Positions 48,283 to 57,830 of a DNA stretch of 64,000 nucleotides are shown here, piece after piece. Location: the NCBI GenBank assembly GCA_033763455.1, contig JANRKO010000070.1, positions 1 to 64,000 of the forward strand, read 5' to 3'. A program made the translations under genes and the position numbers. The stretch comes from Polyangiaceae bacterium (GTDB lineage: Bacteria; Myxococcota_A; Polyangia; Polyangiales; Polyangiaceae). Within the stretch, counting starts at the first letter, position 1; each line of letters opens with the position of its first letter. Below the pieces are notes generated by a model, which was not told where the DNA came from, did not search any database, and saw only the letters and a program-made list of their open reading frames with translations.

Positions 48283-50964
48283 CTAGATCCCGGGGGGAAT
48301 CAAAACTTCGCGATCCTTGGCACCATTCGGCGGACCGACCATCCCCCGCTTTTCCATTTGTTCAACGATCTTTGCGGCCCGGTTGTAGCCGATGGTCATT
48401 TTGCGTTGCAGCCACGAGGTTGAGCAGCGCTGCGTTTCGCCGACGATGCGCACGGCTTCATCAAACCTTGCGTCGAGCTGAGCGTCGTCATTTCCGCCGT
48501 CTTCGGACTCTCCGTCGTCAACCAAAATGGCCTCGTGATACTGAGGGGTGCCTTGGGTTCGGAGGTAATCGGTAAGGGCGCTCACCTCTTCTTCACTCAC
48601 AAACGGACACTGCACGCGGCGTGTTTCCGAGGAGCCGTTTAGCTTCACCAACATATCACCGCGGCCCAGCAACACCTCCGCGCCCTGCTCATCCAAGATG
48701 GTGCGACTATCCACTTTCTGGGCAACTCGAAAAGCGATACGGGAAGGGAAGTTGGCTTTTATCATCCCAGTAATGACGTCCACACTCGGCCTTTGGGTAG
48801 CGAGCACTACGTGCATGCCCGCAGCACGCGCCTTTTGTGCCAGCCGAGCCACGCAAACCTCTACGTCTTTGCCCTGCTGCATCATGAGGTCGGCGAATTC
48901 ATCCACCACGATCACGATGTAGGGAAGCTTACCGGGCAAAAGTACCCCATCAGTACCATCTTTGGCGCACGGAACATTCACTACTACTCCCTCCGCGGAA
49001 AGCGCGGAGACTTCGGTGGATTTCGGTGCAGGGATTTCACCCGCATGCACGCGTTCGACCCAACGATTGTAGGTAGTGATGTTTTTCGTGCCAGCTCCAG
49101 CAAAAGCCTGATAACGCCGCTCCATCTCGTTCACGGCCCACTTCAGCGCCGTGGCCGCCTGCTTCATATCCGTGACCACCGGCAACAGCATGTGCGGAAT
49201 GCCATCAAATGGCGCCAATTCCACGACCTTCGGATCGATCATTAGAAACCGCAGATCTTCAGGCGTTCGGTAGAAGAGCAGGCTCGCGAGCATCACGTTC
49301 AACCCAACGCTTTTGCCCGCTCCGGTTGCACCTGCAACGATCACGTGGGGCATCGACGCAAGGTCGCCGTAAAATGGCGCACCCACAATGTCTCGGCCGA
49401 GCACAACCGGTAGCGGAGCCTTTTGCGCCAGGGCTTCAAAGCGCTTGTCTTCCACGAGCTCTCGCAGGCTCACCGGGACACGTTCATCGTTGGGCAGCTC
49501 AAAGCCGATGCGATTTTTCCCGGGAATGGGCGCAATAATGCGCACTTTGCGCGAGAGCCCCAGCGCCAAATCATCCGAGAGCGCCGACACCTTGCTTACC
49601 TTGGTGCCCGCCTCTGGCGATACTTCGTAGGTAGTCACAGTGGGGCCAGGATGGATCTCTTCAACCTTCGCACTCACGCCGTAATCCGCGAGGGTCTTCT
49701 CAAGCTTCTGCGCAAGCTCAAGCACACGCCCGCGATCAATTTCGGTAACGATGTCAGAAGGGGGCGCCAAAAGGTCGGATGAAGGCAAAACGAAGCCTGC
49801 CCTTTTCGTCGTTTTCGGCTCAGCTTTCGCTGGTAGCCGCTTCACCTCACGTTCGGGTGAAGTGTCCACGATCGTGGGCCCACTCTTTTGCTCTTGCCGC
49901 CGCCGAGGCGTCAGCGGAGCAGCTTTCGCGACGTTATTAGACGGCTCATCTTCCAAGTCGTCTTCCGCGTTTACCTCGTCTTCGCCGTCAGTTGAGGCTT
50001 CCTCGGGGTCTTCTGGCTCGAGCAATGGCGGCTTCTTAGCGAGCGGACCAATCACTCTGGATGCCGCCGGCGCGGCAGGCACGGGCGAAGTGCTAACGGT
50101 GGGCTCCGAGAGGAACGCTTCGTAGGGAGCGGCAAGGCCGCGGCGCAGCGCCTCAGAGAGAGCAAGCGGGGGCGCACCCGTTTGTTCAGTCGGAATCCAA
50201 GTGGAGTCATCATCCACTAAGTGGACGAGCGTGGCGGTATCCGAAGGCGCAGTGGGAACCCGTGGCAGATCTTGCCGTTCTAAGTTGGCGCGGGCTTCTT
50301 TGCGCGCTGCGCTGGCTTGCCCCCAGGCGGTAAACAACCGCTCGAACACTGCGCGGACCTTGAAGTAAAGCGCGTGCGCCAACTCGAGGCTGCGTTGGCA
50401 GAAAGCAATAAAGGAGAAGCTGCTACGGCCTATTAGGATCAACGCAATTGCGGTTGCTCCCACCAGAAACGAACCTGGCGCCGAGAACATGCCGCGCATC
50501 AGCTCTCCAAACAGCATGCCCACGTTGCCACCCGCGAGAGCCGCACCAAACACACGCCCCTCGGGGAACGCCACGTAGACCAGGGCGGCCGCAACAATCG
50601 CCACCACCCAATCGCCCGTGAGGCGTAGGCCGAGTGCGCGGGGCGCCTGACCGCGCAGCAAAGGGATGCCAATCAACACCAGTTCTACAGGGCCCAGGCA
50701 GGCTACCAGGCCGAACCCCTGTAGAAGAAAACGGGCCACTGCCGCCCCAACCGGTCCCATCCAGTCCGAACCGGACACGTTCGGGTCGTGCGGATCCAGC
50801 TGTGCGCTGGCGAGCGCTAGTGCCAAAAATACGGACGCCGCAAACAGCAGGAGGGCCGCGGCTTCCCGGCCACGCTTGAAAATAGCCGGGTCGTCGGGCC
50901 GCTCGGTCGCGACAGGAGATCGGCCGGTGGAGGTTTCGCGGAGGCTGAAGAGGCGGGCCGACAT
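48283..50964 (-). CDS. ftsK: DNA translocase FtsK
   Basis: 4-TM N-terminus, GATGAGKS, IDPK, DEFADLM, ATQRPS, gamma domain IGYNRAA. Confidence 0.97.
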   Translation of the reverse strand: MSARLFSLRETSTGRSPVATERPDDPAIFKRGREAAALLLFAASVFLALALASAQLDPHDPNVSGSDWMGPVGAAVARFLLQGFGLVACLGPVELVLIGIPLLRGQAPRALGLRLTGDWVVAIVAAALVYVAFPEGRVFGAALAGGNVGMLFGELMRGMFSAPGSFLVGATAIALILIGRSSFSFIAFCQRSLELAHALYFKVRAVFERLFTAWGQASAARKEARANLERQDLPRVPTAPSDTATLVHLVDDDSTWIPTEQTGAPPLALSEALRRGLAAPYEAFLSEPTVSTSPVPAAPAASRVIGPLAKKPPLLEPEDPEEASTDGEDEVNAEDDLEDEPSNNVAKAAPLTPRRRQEQKSGPTIVDTSPEREVKRLPAKAEPKTTKRAGFVLPSSDLLAPPSDIVTEIDRGRVLELAQKLEKTLADYGVSAKVEEIHPGPTVTTYEVSPEAGTKVSKVSALSDDLALGLSRKVRIIAPIPGKNRIGFELPNDERVPVSLRELVEDKRFEALAQKAPLPVVLGRDIVGAPFYGDLASMPHVIVAGATGAGKSVGLNVMLASLLFYRTPEDLRFLMIDPKVVELAPFDGIPHMLLPVVTDMKQAATALKWAVNEMERRYQAFAGAGTKNITTYNRWVERVHAGEIPAPKSTEVSALSAEGVVVNVPCAKDGTDGVLLPGKLPYIVIVVDEFADLMMQQGKDVEVCVARLAQKARAAGMHVVLATQRPSVDVITGMIKANFPSRIAFRVAQKVDSRTILDEQGAEVLLGRGDMLVKLNGSSETRRVQCPFVSEEEVSALTDYLRTQGTPQYHEAILVDDGESEDGGNDDAQLDARFDEAVRIVGETQRCSTSWLQRKMTIGYNRAAKIVEQMEKRGMVGPPNGAKDREVLIPPGI

Positions 50965-51144
50965 AAGACTACGTACACCTACAGTAACACACTCGATTGA
51001 GCCAAAGAATATGAGTTGAGCAGTCTTGCCCAACGCACCTCCCCCCGGCCAAATGATCGGACAGCGCAGAGCTTATCGAAGGCGAGATCACGGAGATTCA
51101 ACCTGTATTCTCGCCAACCTTCAGCTCTAAACTGAACCCTGGGC

Positions 51145-52791
51145 ATGAAGTCAGTTTTGTTAAATCTCTCTCGGAGTACACCCATGGTTCGTAGGCTCCC
51201 GCGAGTCTGTTCAGCACTCGTTCTCGTTTCCTCGTTAATGGGCGCCTCAGCCCTGGTCGGTTGCGCCGTCTCCAAAGACGACGTCCACAGATGGGCGAAT
51301 CGCTCACAAGGCGCTCGGCGGCTCGTAGCCGTGGTGAGCCACGACAAGTATCCGATGGATATTCGCGTCGAGGCCGTAAGGACCCTCATCGAAATGAAGC
51401 CGCGCAAGGGCCGACGTATCGGGCTTGAGGGCGGCGAAGATAACGCGAGCTTGGTCACAACGATCGCGCAGTTGCCGCCCGCCGAGCGTGAGAAGTTGTT
51501 GGGGGAAGTGGTGCCCATCTTAGTGGCAGAAATGTCCAAGCCACCCGCGCCAGCTGTAAACGGGGTGCGTCCGATCGACACCTCCTATCCTTTTAAAGAC
51601 GCAGCTTTTGCTCTTCTCATCCATGAAGACAAGAGCCTCCTGAACGACGCCACGAGAGCACAGCTTCGCGCCAAGCTTGCTGAGTGGTGCATGGTCAATT
51701 TTGCTGAGAAAATGGACGATAGCTCTCAGCTCTTCGGGGTTGAGCAGGTAATGAAAGAGCTGAAGAACGAAGGGGCACGCCTCCTTCCCACGCTCATTGT
51801 ACCAGGCGCCCAGAAGATCGATCGGATAGCCCAGCTAATTGCCGATCTAGGCAATACGGAGACCAAAGGCAAAGCGAGCGAAGCCTTAGTGCTGGTTGCT
51901 AAAACGGTAGATTCTCCCGCCTGGATGGAGCAAAAGCGTGGCTGGCTCGCCGAGCAAAACAAGATCTCCAAGCTCACCCCCACGCCCGGGCAGTTTCAAA
52001 AGCAGCTAGAAGCCTTTCAGGAAGAAGAGCTCTTGCGCGTCTTTTCTTCGATGAAGAAGGTGGGTGGTAAGTCCGTAGTGGAGTACCTCTTGGCCTTCGC
52101 GCAGAAGCCCGGAACAGAGCCGAAGCGTCGTGCAGCATCACTGGCAGCTCTTGAAGGCAACTTGGATCGCAACAGCACCGCGCATGCGGATGCGCTACTC
52201 AGCATAGCCGGCACCGACGACACACCCGACATGGTGCGACAGGTTGCGTTAGCTCGCGTGGGCGAGATGCCTCGCAAGCTAGTCGTGGAAAAATTGTTCA
52301 CCTTGTTTGACAACAAGCGCTGGCAAGTGCGCTGGGTAGCCGCCGAGCTGGTGTTAAAGATGAGCGACACAAGTCAGCTCGCAGAGTTCATGGCGCGTAT
52401 TGCCCGCGCGACCAATATGGCGCTCTCTGAACCCCTCCAGTACGGAAGTCTCATCGGAGGCATGAAGGGGCCGAAGCCAGTCGCCGAGCTCGTCAAGCAA
52501 TACGCCGCGGCTGGGAACCCCGTTCAAGTTCGCCTTTCGGCGCTTGGGTATTTCTACAGCCACGGAGTGGCCTCGGAGGTTCCTGAAATTGGGGCCTACA
52601 CTACCGACACCACCCCCGTTCCTCAGTGCGCGAAGGACGCCGAGGACTGTGAGTGGAAGTGTACCGTGGGTCAGGAAGCCAAAGAGGTCAAAACACTTGG
52701 GGAATACGTGGATTTCTGTGTAAAACCCGCCATGGCAACCCGCACCCGAGCGGAGGGCTCGCCAGCGGCCCGCGGGTCCACGAAGGGCTGA
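51145..52791 (+). CDS. HEAT/ARM-like helical lipoprotein
   Basis: Lipobox LVGC; RVEAVRTL, VRQVAL, VRWVAA repeats. Confidence 0.72.
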   Translation: MKSVLLNLSRSTPMVRRLPRVCSALVLVSSLMGASALVGCAVSKDDVHRWANRSQGARRLVAVVSHDKYPMDIRVEAVRTLIEMKPRKGRRIGLEGGEDNASLVTTIAQLPPAEREKLLGEVVPILVAEMSKPPAPAVNGVRPIDTSYPFKDAAFALLIHEDKSLLNDATRAQLRAKLAEWCMVNFAEKMDDSSQLFGVEQVMKELKNEGARLLPTLIVPGAQKIDRIAQLIADLGNTETKGKASEALVLVAKTVDSPAWMEQKRGWLAEQNKISKLTPTPGQFQKQLEAFQEEELLRVFSSMKKVGGKSVVEYLLAFAQKPGTEPKRRAASLAALEGNLDRNSTAHADALLSIAGTDDTPDMVRQVALARVGEMPRKLVVEKLFTLFDNKRWQVRWVAAELVLKMSDTSQLAEFMARIARATNMALSEPLQYGSLIGGMKGPKPVAELVKQYAAAGNPVQVRLSALGYFYSHGVASEVPEIGAYTTDTTPVPQCAKDAEDCEWKCTVGQEAKEVKTLGEYVDFCVKPAMATRTRAEGSPAARGSTKG

Positions 52792-52837
52792 TTCCAATAC
52801 GTTGAGGTCCCCACAAGAGGGACCGAGAGGTCCGTTG

Positions 52838-53848
52838 ATGACAACCGAGCCACACAAGAAAACGCCACGCTCCTTTCATTGCCGAGATGCGCTTTGGCAG
52901 AAGTTCGAGCAGATGGCCAAGGAGCTGGAGTGCTCCGTGGATTATCTGATCAACGACGCCATGAAGCAGTATGTGCGTCAGCGTGGCTACGCGGGCCCAG
53001 GCTCAACGCTCACCAACATGTCAGCGGTGAATCCAGGCTCCGTGCCGCCTCCGGCACCAACCGCCGCAGGCACGACCGCGCCGCCCGCGGCTGCCGCACC
53101 GCCACCTCCGCCACCTCCGCCACCACCTCCCGCTCCCGCCCTAAAACAGCCACCCGCACCGCCGCCTCCGGCTACCCACGGCACGCTCTCTGGCACCACC
53201 ACCACAGGTTCTCACGCGGGGCCACCACCCCCGCCCCCGCATCTCCCTCCCACCACCACCTCGGGATCGCAGGCAGGGCGCCTACCTACCACCTCAGGAT
53301 CGCAAGCGGGGCGCCTACCTACCACTTCGGGGTCGCAAGCAGGGCACCTACCGAAGCCTGCCCCGGCTCCTCCGCCACCGGCCCGCGCCTTTCCGCCCCC
53401 ACCAGCAACCGGTGGCGGTGCCCCGTTGTCTCAAGCCGGTGCCCCAACCCAGCGCGTTCCTCCGCTCGGTACGAGCCCCGGAAGCCGAAATGTGCCGCCC
53501 CTCCCTCGACAGGCGCCTCCCCCACTTCCCACCCAAGCTGCCCCCAGCCCGGCCCCAAACGCCAGCCGCACACTTTCGGTACGTTACGAAGGCCAAGTGT
53601 TCCCGATCACGAAAGACCGCTTCGTGATCGGCCGAGGCAAAAACGCCAGCGACCTAACGATCAAAGACCCAAACGTTTCCCGCCAGCACGCGCTCGTGGA
53701 GTTCTCGAACGGGCAATATTACATCGTCGATATGGGGTCGACAAATGGCGTGGAATTCAAAGGCTCGAAGGTGCAACGGAAGGTCATCGACGATGGCGAT
53801 ACCGTCCGCGTGTGCGAGCACGAACTCACCTTCTCGTTCTCGGGCTAA
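52838..53848 (+). CDS. RHH - Pro-rich linker - FHA domain protein
   Basis: RSFHCRDALW..F..MA..L.CSVDYLINDAMKQY; FHA IGR...VSRQHA...D.GSTNG. Confidence 0.88.
   Translation: MTTEPHKKTPRSFHCRDALWQKFEQMAKELECSVDYLINDAMKQYVRQRGYAGPGSTLTNMSAVNPGSVPPPAPTAAGTTAPPAAAAPPPPPPPPPPPAPALKQPPAPPPPATHGTLSGTTTTGSHAGPPPPPPHLPPTTTSGSQAGRLPTTSGSQAGRLPTTSGSQAGHLPKPAPAPPPPARAFPPPPATGGGAPLSQAGAPTQRVPPLGTSPGSRNVPPLPRQAPPPLPTQAAPSPAPNASRTLSVRYEGQVFPITKDRFVIGRGKNASDLTIKDPNVSRQHALVEFSNGQYYIVDMGSTNGVEFKGSKVQRKVIDDGDTVRVCEHELTFSFSG
53255..53353 (+). repeat. 33-bp tandem repeat x3 (TTSGSQAG[R/H]LP)
   Basis: Seen directly in DNA and translation. Confidence 0.9.
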
Positions 53849-53873
53849 AAGAACGTCGCGCTCCATACAGGTA

Positions 53874-53899
53874 GGGCCACTGAGCAAACTCAGTGGCCC
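53874..53899. terminator. Hairpin between convergent genes
   Basis: GGGCCACTGAG-CAAA-CTCAGTGGCCC perfect 11-bp stem. Confidence 0.75.
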
Positions 53900-53966
53900 G
53901 CACAATAGACTCTAACCGTGCGCGCCGCTCAAGAGTGGGCAGCGCGCTGGCTTGAGCCGATAATTC

Positions 53967-54302
53967 TTAGCCGACTTTGCTTTGGAGCAAGAAGGCGAGC
54001 GCGAACGCGAACAGCACGAGCGATTCGATGAGCGCCAAGCCGAGAATCATCGGCGTTTGAATGCGGGGAGCAGCGCCGGGGTTGCGGCTGATGCCTTCGA
54101 GCGCAGCAGCAACGGCTCGCCCCTGGCCCAAGCCACCGCCAAGAACCGCGAGGCCCATGGCAAAACCTGCCGCTAACGCGGCCATTGCCTGCGCGCTGAA
54201 CTGGTTCGCAGAACCAGCTGCGGCTGCATCTTGAGCAAACGCAGAGGTGCTCACCAGAGTGGTCATAAGAGCGGTAGTGATAGCCAACTTCTTCTTCGAC
54301 AT
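53967..54302 (-). CDS. atpE: ATP synthase F0 subunit c
   Basis: [10 protein letters not shown] loop, ALIES. Confidence 0.96.
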   Translation of the reverse strand: MSKKKLAITTALMTTLVSTSAFAQDAAAAGSANQFSAQAMAALAAGFAMGLAVLGGGLGQGRAVAAALEGISRNPGAAPRIQTPMILGLALIESLVLFAFALAFLLQSKVG

Positions 54303-54410
54303 GCCTAAGTTCTCCTTCTAATTCTCGGCGGGCGGGGCCAGGCTTAATGCCTTTCCCTCCCAAGGGCCACCGTTTTTTAGGTGAGCCACTCCAAAATCCA
54401 AACGCCCTCG

Positions 54411-55178
54411 CTAATGCTCCTCGTGCTCAGTAGCGAGCCCGATATAAACGCACGTGAGCAAGGTAAACACGAGCGTCTGAATCACTATTACTAGAACGCC
54501 AAGCACCATCAGCGGAATCGGCACCAGGACGGCGCAGAGGCTCAAGAAGATCGAGAGAATGAGGTGGTCGACGCTCATGTTGAGCATCAAGCGGACGGCT
54601 AAGGTCACGGGCCTGACGCACAGAGAAATGAGCTCAATCGGCAAGATGAGCGGGGCAAGGTACCAGGCGGGGCCAGCAAAGTGCTTAATGTAGCCCCAGC
54701 CGTTCTCCACCAGACCGTAAAGGTTAAAGAGCACAAAGACGACGAGCGCGCAGCCGAGCGTGATACTCAGGCTGCTCGTGGCAACCGGGAACCCAGGCAA
54801 CAGCGCTACGACATTCGAGAAGAAAATGAAAACGGCAGATGTCCCGATAACCGGGAAGTATTTCTTCGCGCGCTCGGCCCCAAGCACGCTCTTGGCCAGA
54901 TTGTAGAAATACTCGAGGAAAGCCTCCATGAAGGTGCGAAGCGTGAGCCCAACATCCGGCACTACGGCTTCATCAGCGGCCACCAACTTAGAGCGCACAG
55001 CAAACGAAATCCCGAGCACCAGCGCCACCACCAAAAACGCGGTAACCATCGGCTCAAAGCTCTGCCACGTGGGAGCGTGGTGCCCCACCACAGAATCACC
55101 GAGGAGCTCAGCGTTGTGAGAGAGCGTGTCCTTAATGTGAGCGAGGATCAGCGTAAGCCAGCTTGCATGTTCGGGCAT
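54411..55178 (-). CDS. atpB: ATP synthase F0 subunit a
   Basis: PIELIS..VRPVTLAVRL..NM..DH, IQTLVF.LL..YI. Confidence 0.96.
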   Translation of the reverse strand: MPEHASWLTLILAHIKDTLSHNAELLGDSVVGHHAPTWQSFEPMVTAFLVVALVLGISFAVRSKLVAADEAVVPDVGLTLRTFMEAFLEYFYNLAKSVLGAERAKKYFPVIGTSAVFIFFSNVVALLPGFPVATSSLSITLGCALVVFVLFNLYGLVENGWGYIKHFAGPAWYLAPLILPIELISLCVRPVTLAVRLMLNMSVDHLILSIFLSLCAVLVPIPLMVLGVLVIVIQTLVFTLLTCVYIGLATEHEEH

Positions 55179-55592
55179 TTAGCCCTCCTTATGGGCGTGA
55201 GCCTGAGGAAGAACGGGCTCCTTGGGGGCTGGCCACAGCTGCCCCACCACGATTCCGAGCGGGAGAGCGACGTAGCCAAGACACAGGAACAATAGGTCAA
55301 CCACGGCCAGGGATACCAGCACGGCCACGGCGGCAAGCACCGCGCCCACTTTAAGCGCCGAAAGGACAGCCCACAGCGCCTTCGGCCCCTGCACTGCCAT
55401 CAGCCGCGGCACCAATTTCGAGATCGCCCAAAGATTAGCCGCACCGATCAGTGAGCCGAGGAACACGCTCACACCTGGCCGAACCCCAACCAGAGCAACC
55501 GCCACAAGCGCACCCAAAAGGCCCAGGCCGGCAACGCAGAGCGTCGTCTTATCCATGCCTGTGTTCTTGGGTGATTCAGCGGTGCTTGTCAT
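55179..55592 (-). CDS. atpI: ATP synthase protein I
   Basis: Four TM helices, G...G..N pattern, upstream of atpB. Confidence 0.75.
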   Translation of the reverse strand: MTSTAESPKNTGMDKTTLCVAGLGLLGALVAVALVGVRPGVSVFLGSLIGAANLWAISKLVPRLMAVQGPKALWAVLSALKVGAVLAAVAVLVSLAVVDLLFLCLGYVALPLGIVVGQLWPAPKEPVLPQAHAHKEG

Positions 55593-55842
55593 GAAATTCT
55601 CGGCGCTTGCGATGTTCTTCTTCTTCTTCTCGCTCAGCCTGACGGTTTGCTTCCTTGAGGGCACGAAGTACAGCGCGAACACCAGCGGCTACACCAAATC
55701 CAAAGCCGACGAACGTTAACCACTGCCCGGTGTCGAACTTCCTGTCGAGCCAACGGCCCGCAAACATTCCAAGCAGAATGCTGAGCGCTAACTCAAGTCC
55801 AACGGTCCCGAAGCGGCCGACGCCTTTCCAATGTTGCTGCAC
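55576..55842 (-). CDS. atpZ: AtpZ / ATPase gene 1 family protein
   Basis: G.WLDRKF.T..W...G...G..AG. Confidence 0.85.
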   Translation of the reverse strand: MQQHWKGVGRFGTVGLELALSILLGMFAGRWLDRKFDTGQWLTFVGFGFGVAAGVRAVLRALKEANRQAEREEEEEHRKRREFHDKHR

Positions 55843-56126
55843 CTGTGCCCTGACGGCGGCGGTCGCTTAACATGGTGCGCCGGGGGGGTCAATCGCATCG
55901 CGCCAGGAATCGGGTGGTCCAGAATGCACGCGGGGCGGCTCAGCAATTCAGCCCAGGCGTGACCGAGACGCCCGGGAGTCCAAGCGCTGGAGCGGCACGG
56001 CCAACGATCCCTGGCAAGGCTCCTGGCACGACTTCGCTTTTGGGGCCGCTTGCTACGGCTGCATTTCGGCAGAGGCACGAAGGGGTTGCGGGCTTGGCGG
56101 CGCAATTTCTGTGCTTGCGCTGTTCC

Positions 56127-56160
56127 TTGACGAGGAGAATTGTTGTGTTACACAAATTCT
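56127..56160 (+). promoter_or_regulatory. brnT operon promoter/operator
   Basis: TTGACG followed by palindrome TTGTGT-T-ACACAA (56143-56155) just before GTG 56162. Confidence 0.6.
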
Positions 56161-56161
56161 A

Positions 56162-56437
56162 GTGAAAATTGAGTGGGATGCAAAAAAAGCTACCAGCAAC
56201 AGACTGAAACACGGGGTGACATTTCAAGAAGCTGCTACGTGTTTCGACGACCCCAACGGATCCTATTTTCGCAACGACGCAAATGAGTACGAAGATCGTT
56301 TGATCCTTATTGCTCTATCATCAAAGGCGCGCATTCTGTTCGTAGTTCACGCGGAGGTGGGGCGCGATGCCATTCGTATAGTCAGCGCCCGCAAAGCCAG
56401 CCCTCAACAAAGGAAGCTCTATCATGCATTGGAGTGA
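56162..56437 (+). CDS. brnT: BrnT family ribonuclease toxin
   Basis: EWD..K...N..KHG.TF.EA...F.D...RIVSARKA. Confidence 0.93.
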   Translation: MKIEWDAKKATSNRLKHGVTFQEAATCFDDPNGSYFRNDANEYEDRLILIALSSKARILFVVHAEVGRDAIRIVSARKASPQQRKLYHALE

Positions 56438-56702
56438 CGAACCTATGGATCTCAAGGTCTGGAAGCGCGTCAGAGGTAATCCGTTCGCCGACTACGATCC
56501 CCGCGACGGCATCGCACTCTGGTCTTTGTGGGAAATGCCCTCCTCCTCCGTAGGCAAGCTCGTACGTCGCGGGCGCCCACGGAGTGAGCCTACGGCCGTG
56601 CGGAGCATTCGCTTGCCGGTGGGAACTTGGAAGCGCCTGGAGAAAGAGGCCCGCGCCGCGAAAACTACCGTCAATGCGCTGCTCAGGAAGCGGGTTGGGT
56701 AA
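56424..56702 (+). CDS. Putative BrnA-like antitoxin with C-terminal RHH
   Basis: Overlaps brnT; RRGRP then RSIRLP..W..L...A.....VNALLR. Confidence 0.72.
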   Translation: MHWSDEPMDLKVWKRVRGNPFADYDPRDGIALWSLWEMPSSSVGKLVRRGRPRSEPTAVRSIRLPVGTWKRLEKEARAAKTTVNALLRKRVG

Positions 56703-56739
56703 ACCTCAGTCTTAGTGGCTCGCCACACGGTTCCTGAGC

Positions 56740-57222
56740 TTACCTGCTAGCATGTGAGCGAATCGGAAGCCGTTCCTCAGGTGCAGCACCTTTTTGGGCG
56801 GCTCGTACCACGGACGGACCAAGGTTCTTTGAGATGCCGTGGCGCTGCTGAGCAGACATGCGCGGCTCAGGCTGTTGTTCCGAAATCAGGATGTCGGCAG
56901 GAATGTTCATCGCGGCGTAAATGCTTCGAATCATGGGCAGGGTCAGTGGACGCTTTCTCTCAAGACTTCTGAGACTCGGGCACGCGAGCCATTAAGGGGC
57001 TCCAGATCCTTCCTGGACCACCCAAGTTGCTCCGAGTGCGTTGATAGCGTCGATCGGCGTTAGGCGCTGAATCGGAAAGCTTCGCCTTTCATAGGTGTCA
57101 AGTAGTGTGGCAAGCGCATCGAGCTCGCGCTCTTCGAGCGAGCCACGCTTCGCATCTCAGAGCTTCTCGATCCGACGAAGTGCCCTGGGGCAGGAAGCTG
57201 GATTTACGACTGGTGCAATCAT
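56740..57222 (-). pseudogene. higA: HigA-like HTH antitoxin pseudogene
   Basis: ALRRIEKL*DAKRGS..ELDALATLL..YE...PI, then EQLGWSRKDLEP..GSRARVSEVL, then RKRPLTLPMIR...NIPADILI; one stop (57157-57159) and two frameshifts. Confidence 0.85.
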
Positions 57223-57830
57223 GGCGTCTCAAACCTTGCTAGCAAGCACCCCCGCAGCTGCCGCAACGCTTGCCCTCGATGGCTGATCGCATTTTTCTCA
57301 TCGGCGGAAAGCTCCGCAAAACGCCGTGCGGGGTACGCGTCCGGAATGAACAGGGGATCATAACCAAAGCCTGAACTCCCGCGCGGGGATTCGGCAATAG
57401 TGCCCTCCACTGCACCGCGCACGGTTACTGGCGCACGCCCCGGAGCCGCCAGCACGATCACACACACAAAGCGCGCCTTGCGCTGCTCGACAGGCACCCC
57501 TTTGAGCTCCTCCAAAAGCAACCGTATGTTATCTGCATCTGTTGCCCCCTCGCCCGCGTAGCGCGCGGAATGGACCCCGGGGCGGCCGCCTAAGTGATCC
57601 ACCAAAAGCCCGCTGTCATCGGCCATGGTAATCTTGCCGGTAGCTTGGAGCGCCGCTTCAGCTTTCAGACGCGCGTTGCCTTCAAAGGAATCTTCCGTTT
57701 CTTCAACGTGGAAAGGTTGCCCCAAAAGCTCCTGCACAGTGCACACGGAAATGGGAAGGTCGGCGAGAAGCTCGCGAATTTCCCGAACTTTGCCGAGGTT
57801 GGTGGTTGCGAGGGCAAGCGTTGAGCTCAT
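57219..57830 (-). CDS. rdgB: dITP/XTP pyrophosphatase
   Basis: ATTNLGK..E, ADDSGL, PGVHSAR, GFGYDPLF, SHRG. Confidence 0.96.
   Translation of the reverse strand: MSSTLALATTNLGKVREIRELLADLPISVCTVQELLGQPFHVEETEDSFEGNARLKAEAALQATGKITMADDSGLLVDHLGGRPGVHSARYAGEGATDADNIRLLLEELKGVPVEQRKARFVCVIVLAAPGRAPVTVRGAVEGTIAESPRGSSGFGYDPLFIPDAYPARRFAELSADEKNAISHRGQALRQLRGCLLARFETP

Noticed and set aside
52879..53874. 331-aa alternative-frame ORF
   Set aside because: Out-of-frame reading of the Pro-rich FHA gene.
55585..55594. Further copy of the CTTGTCATGA palindrome
   Set aside because: Only a partial match, explained by the atpI start codon context inside overlapping CDSs.
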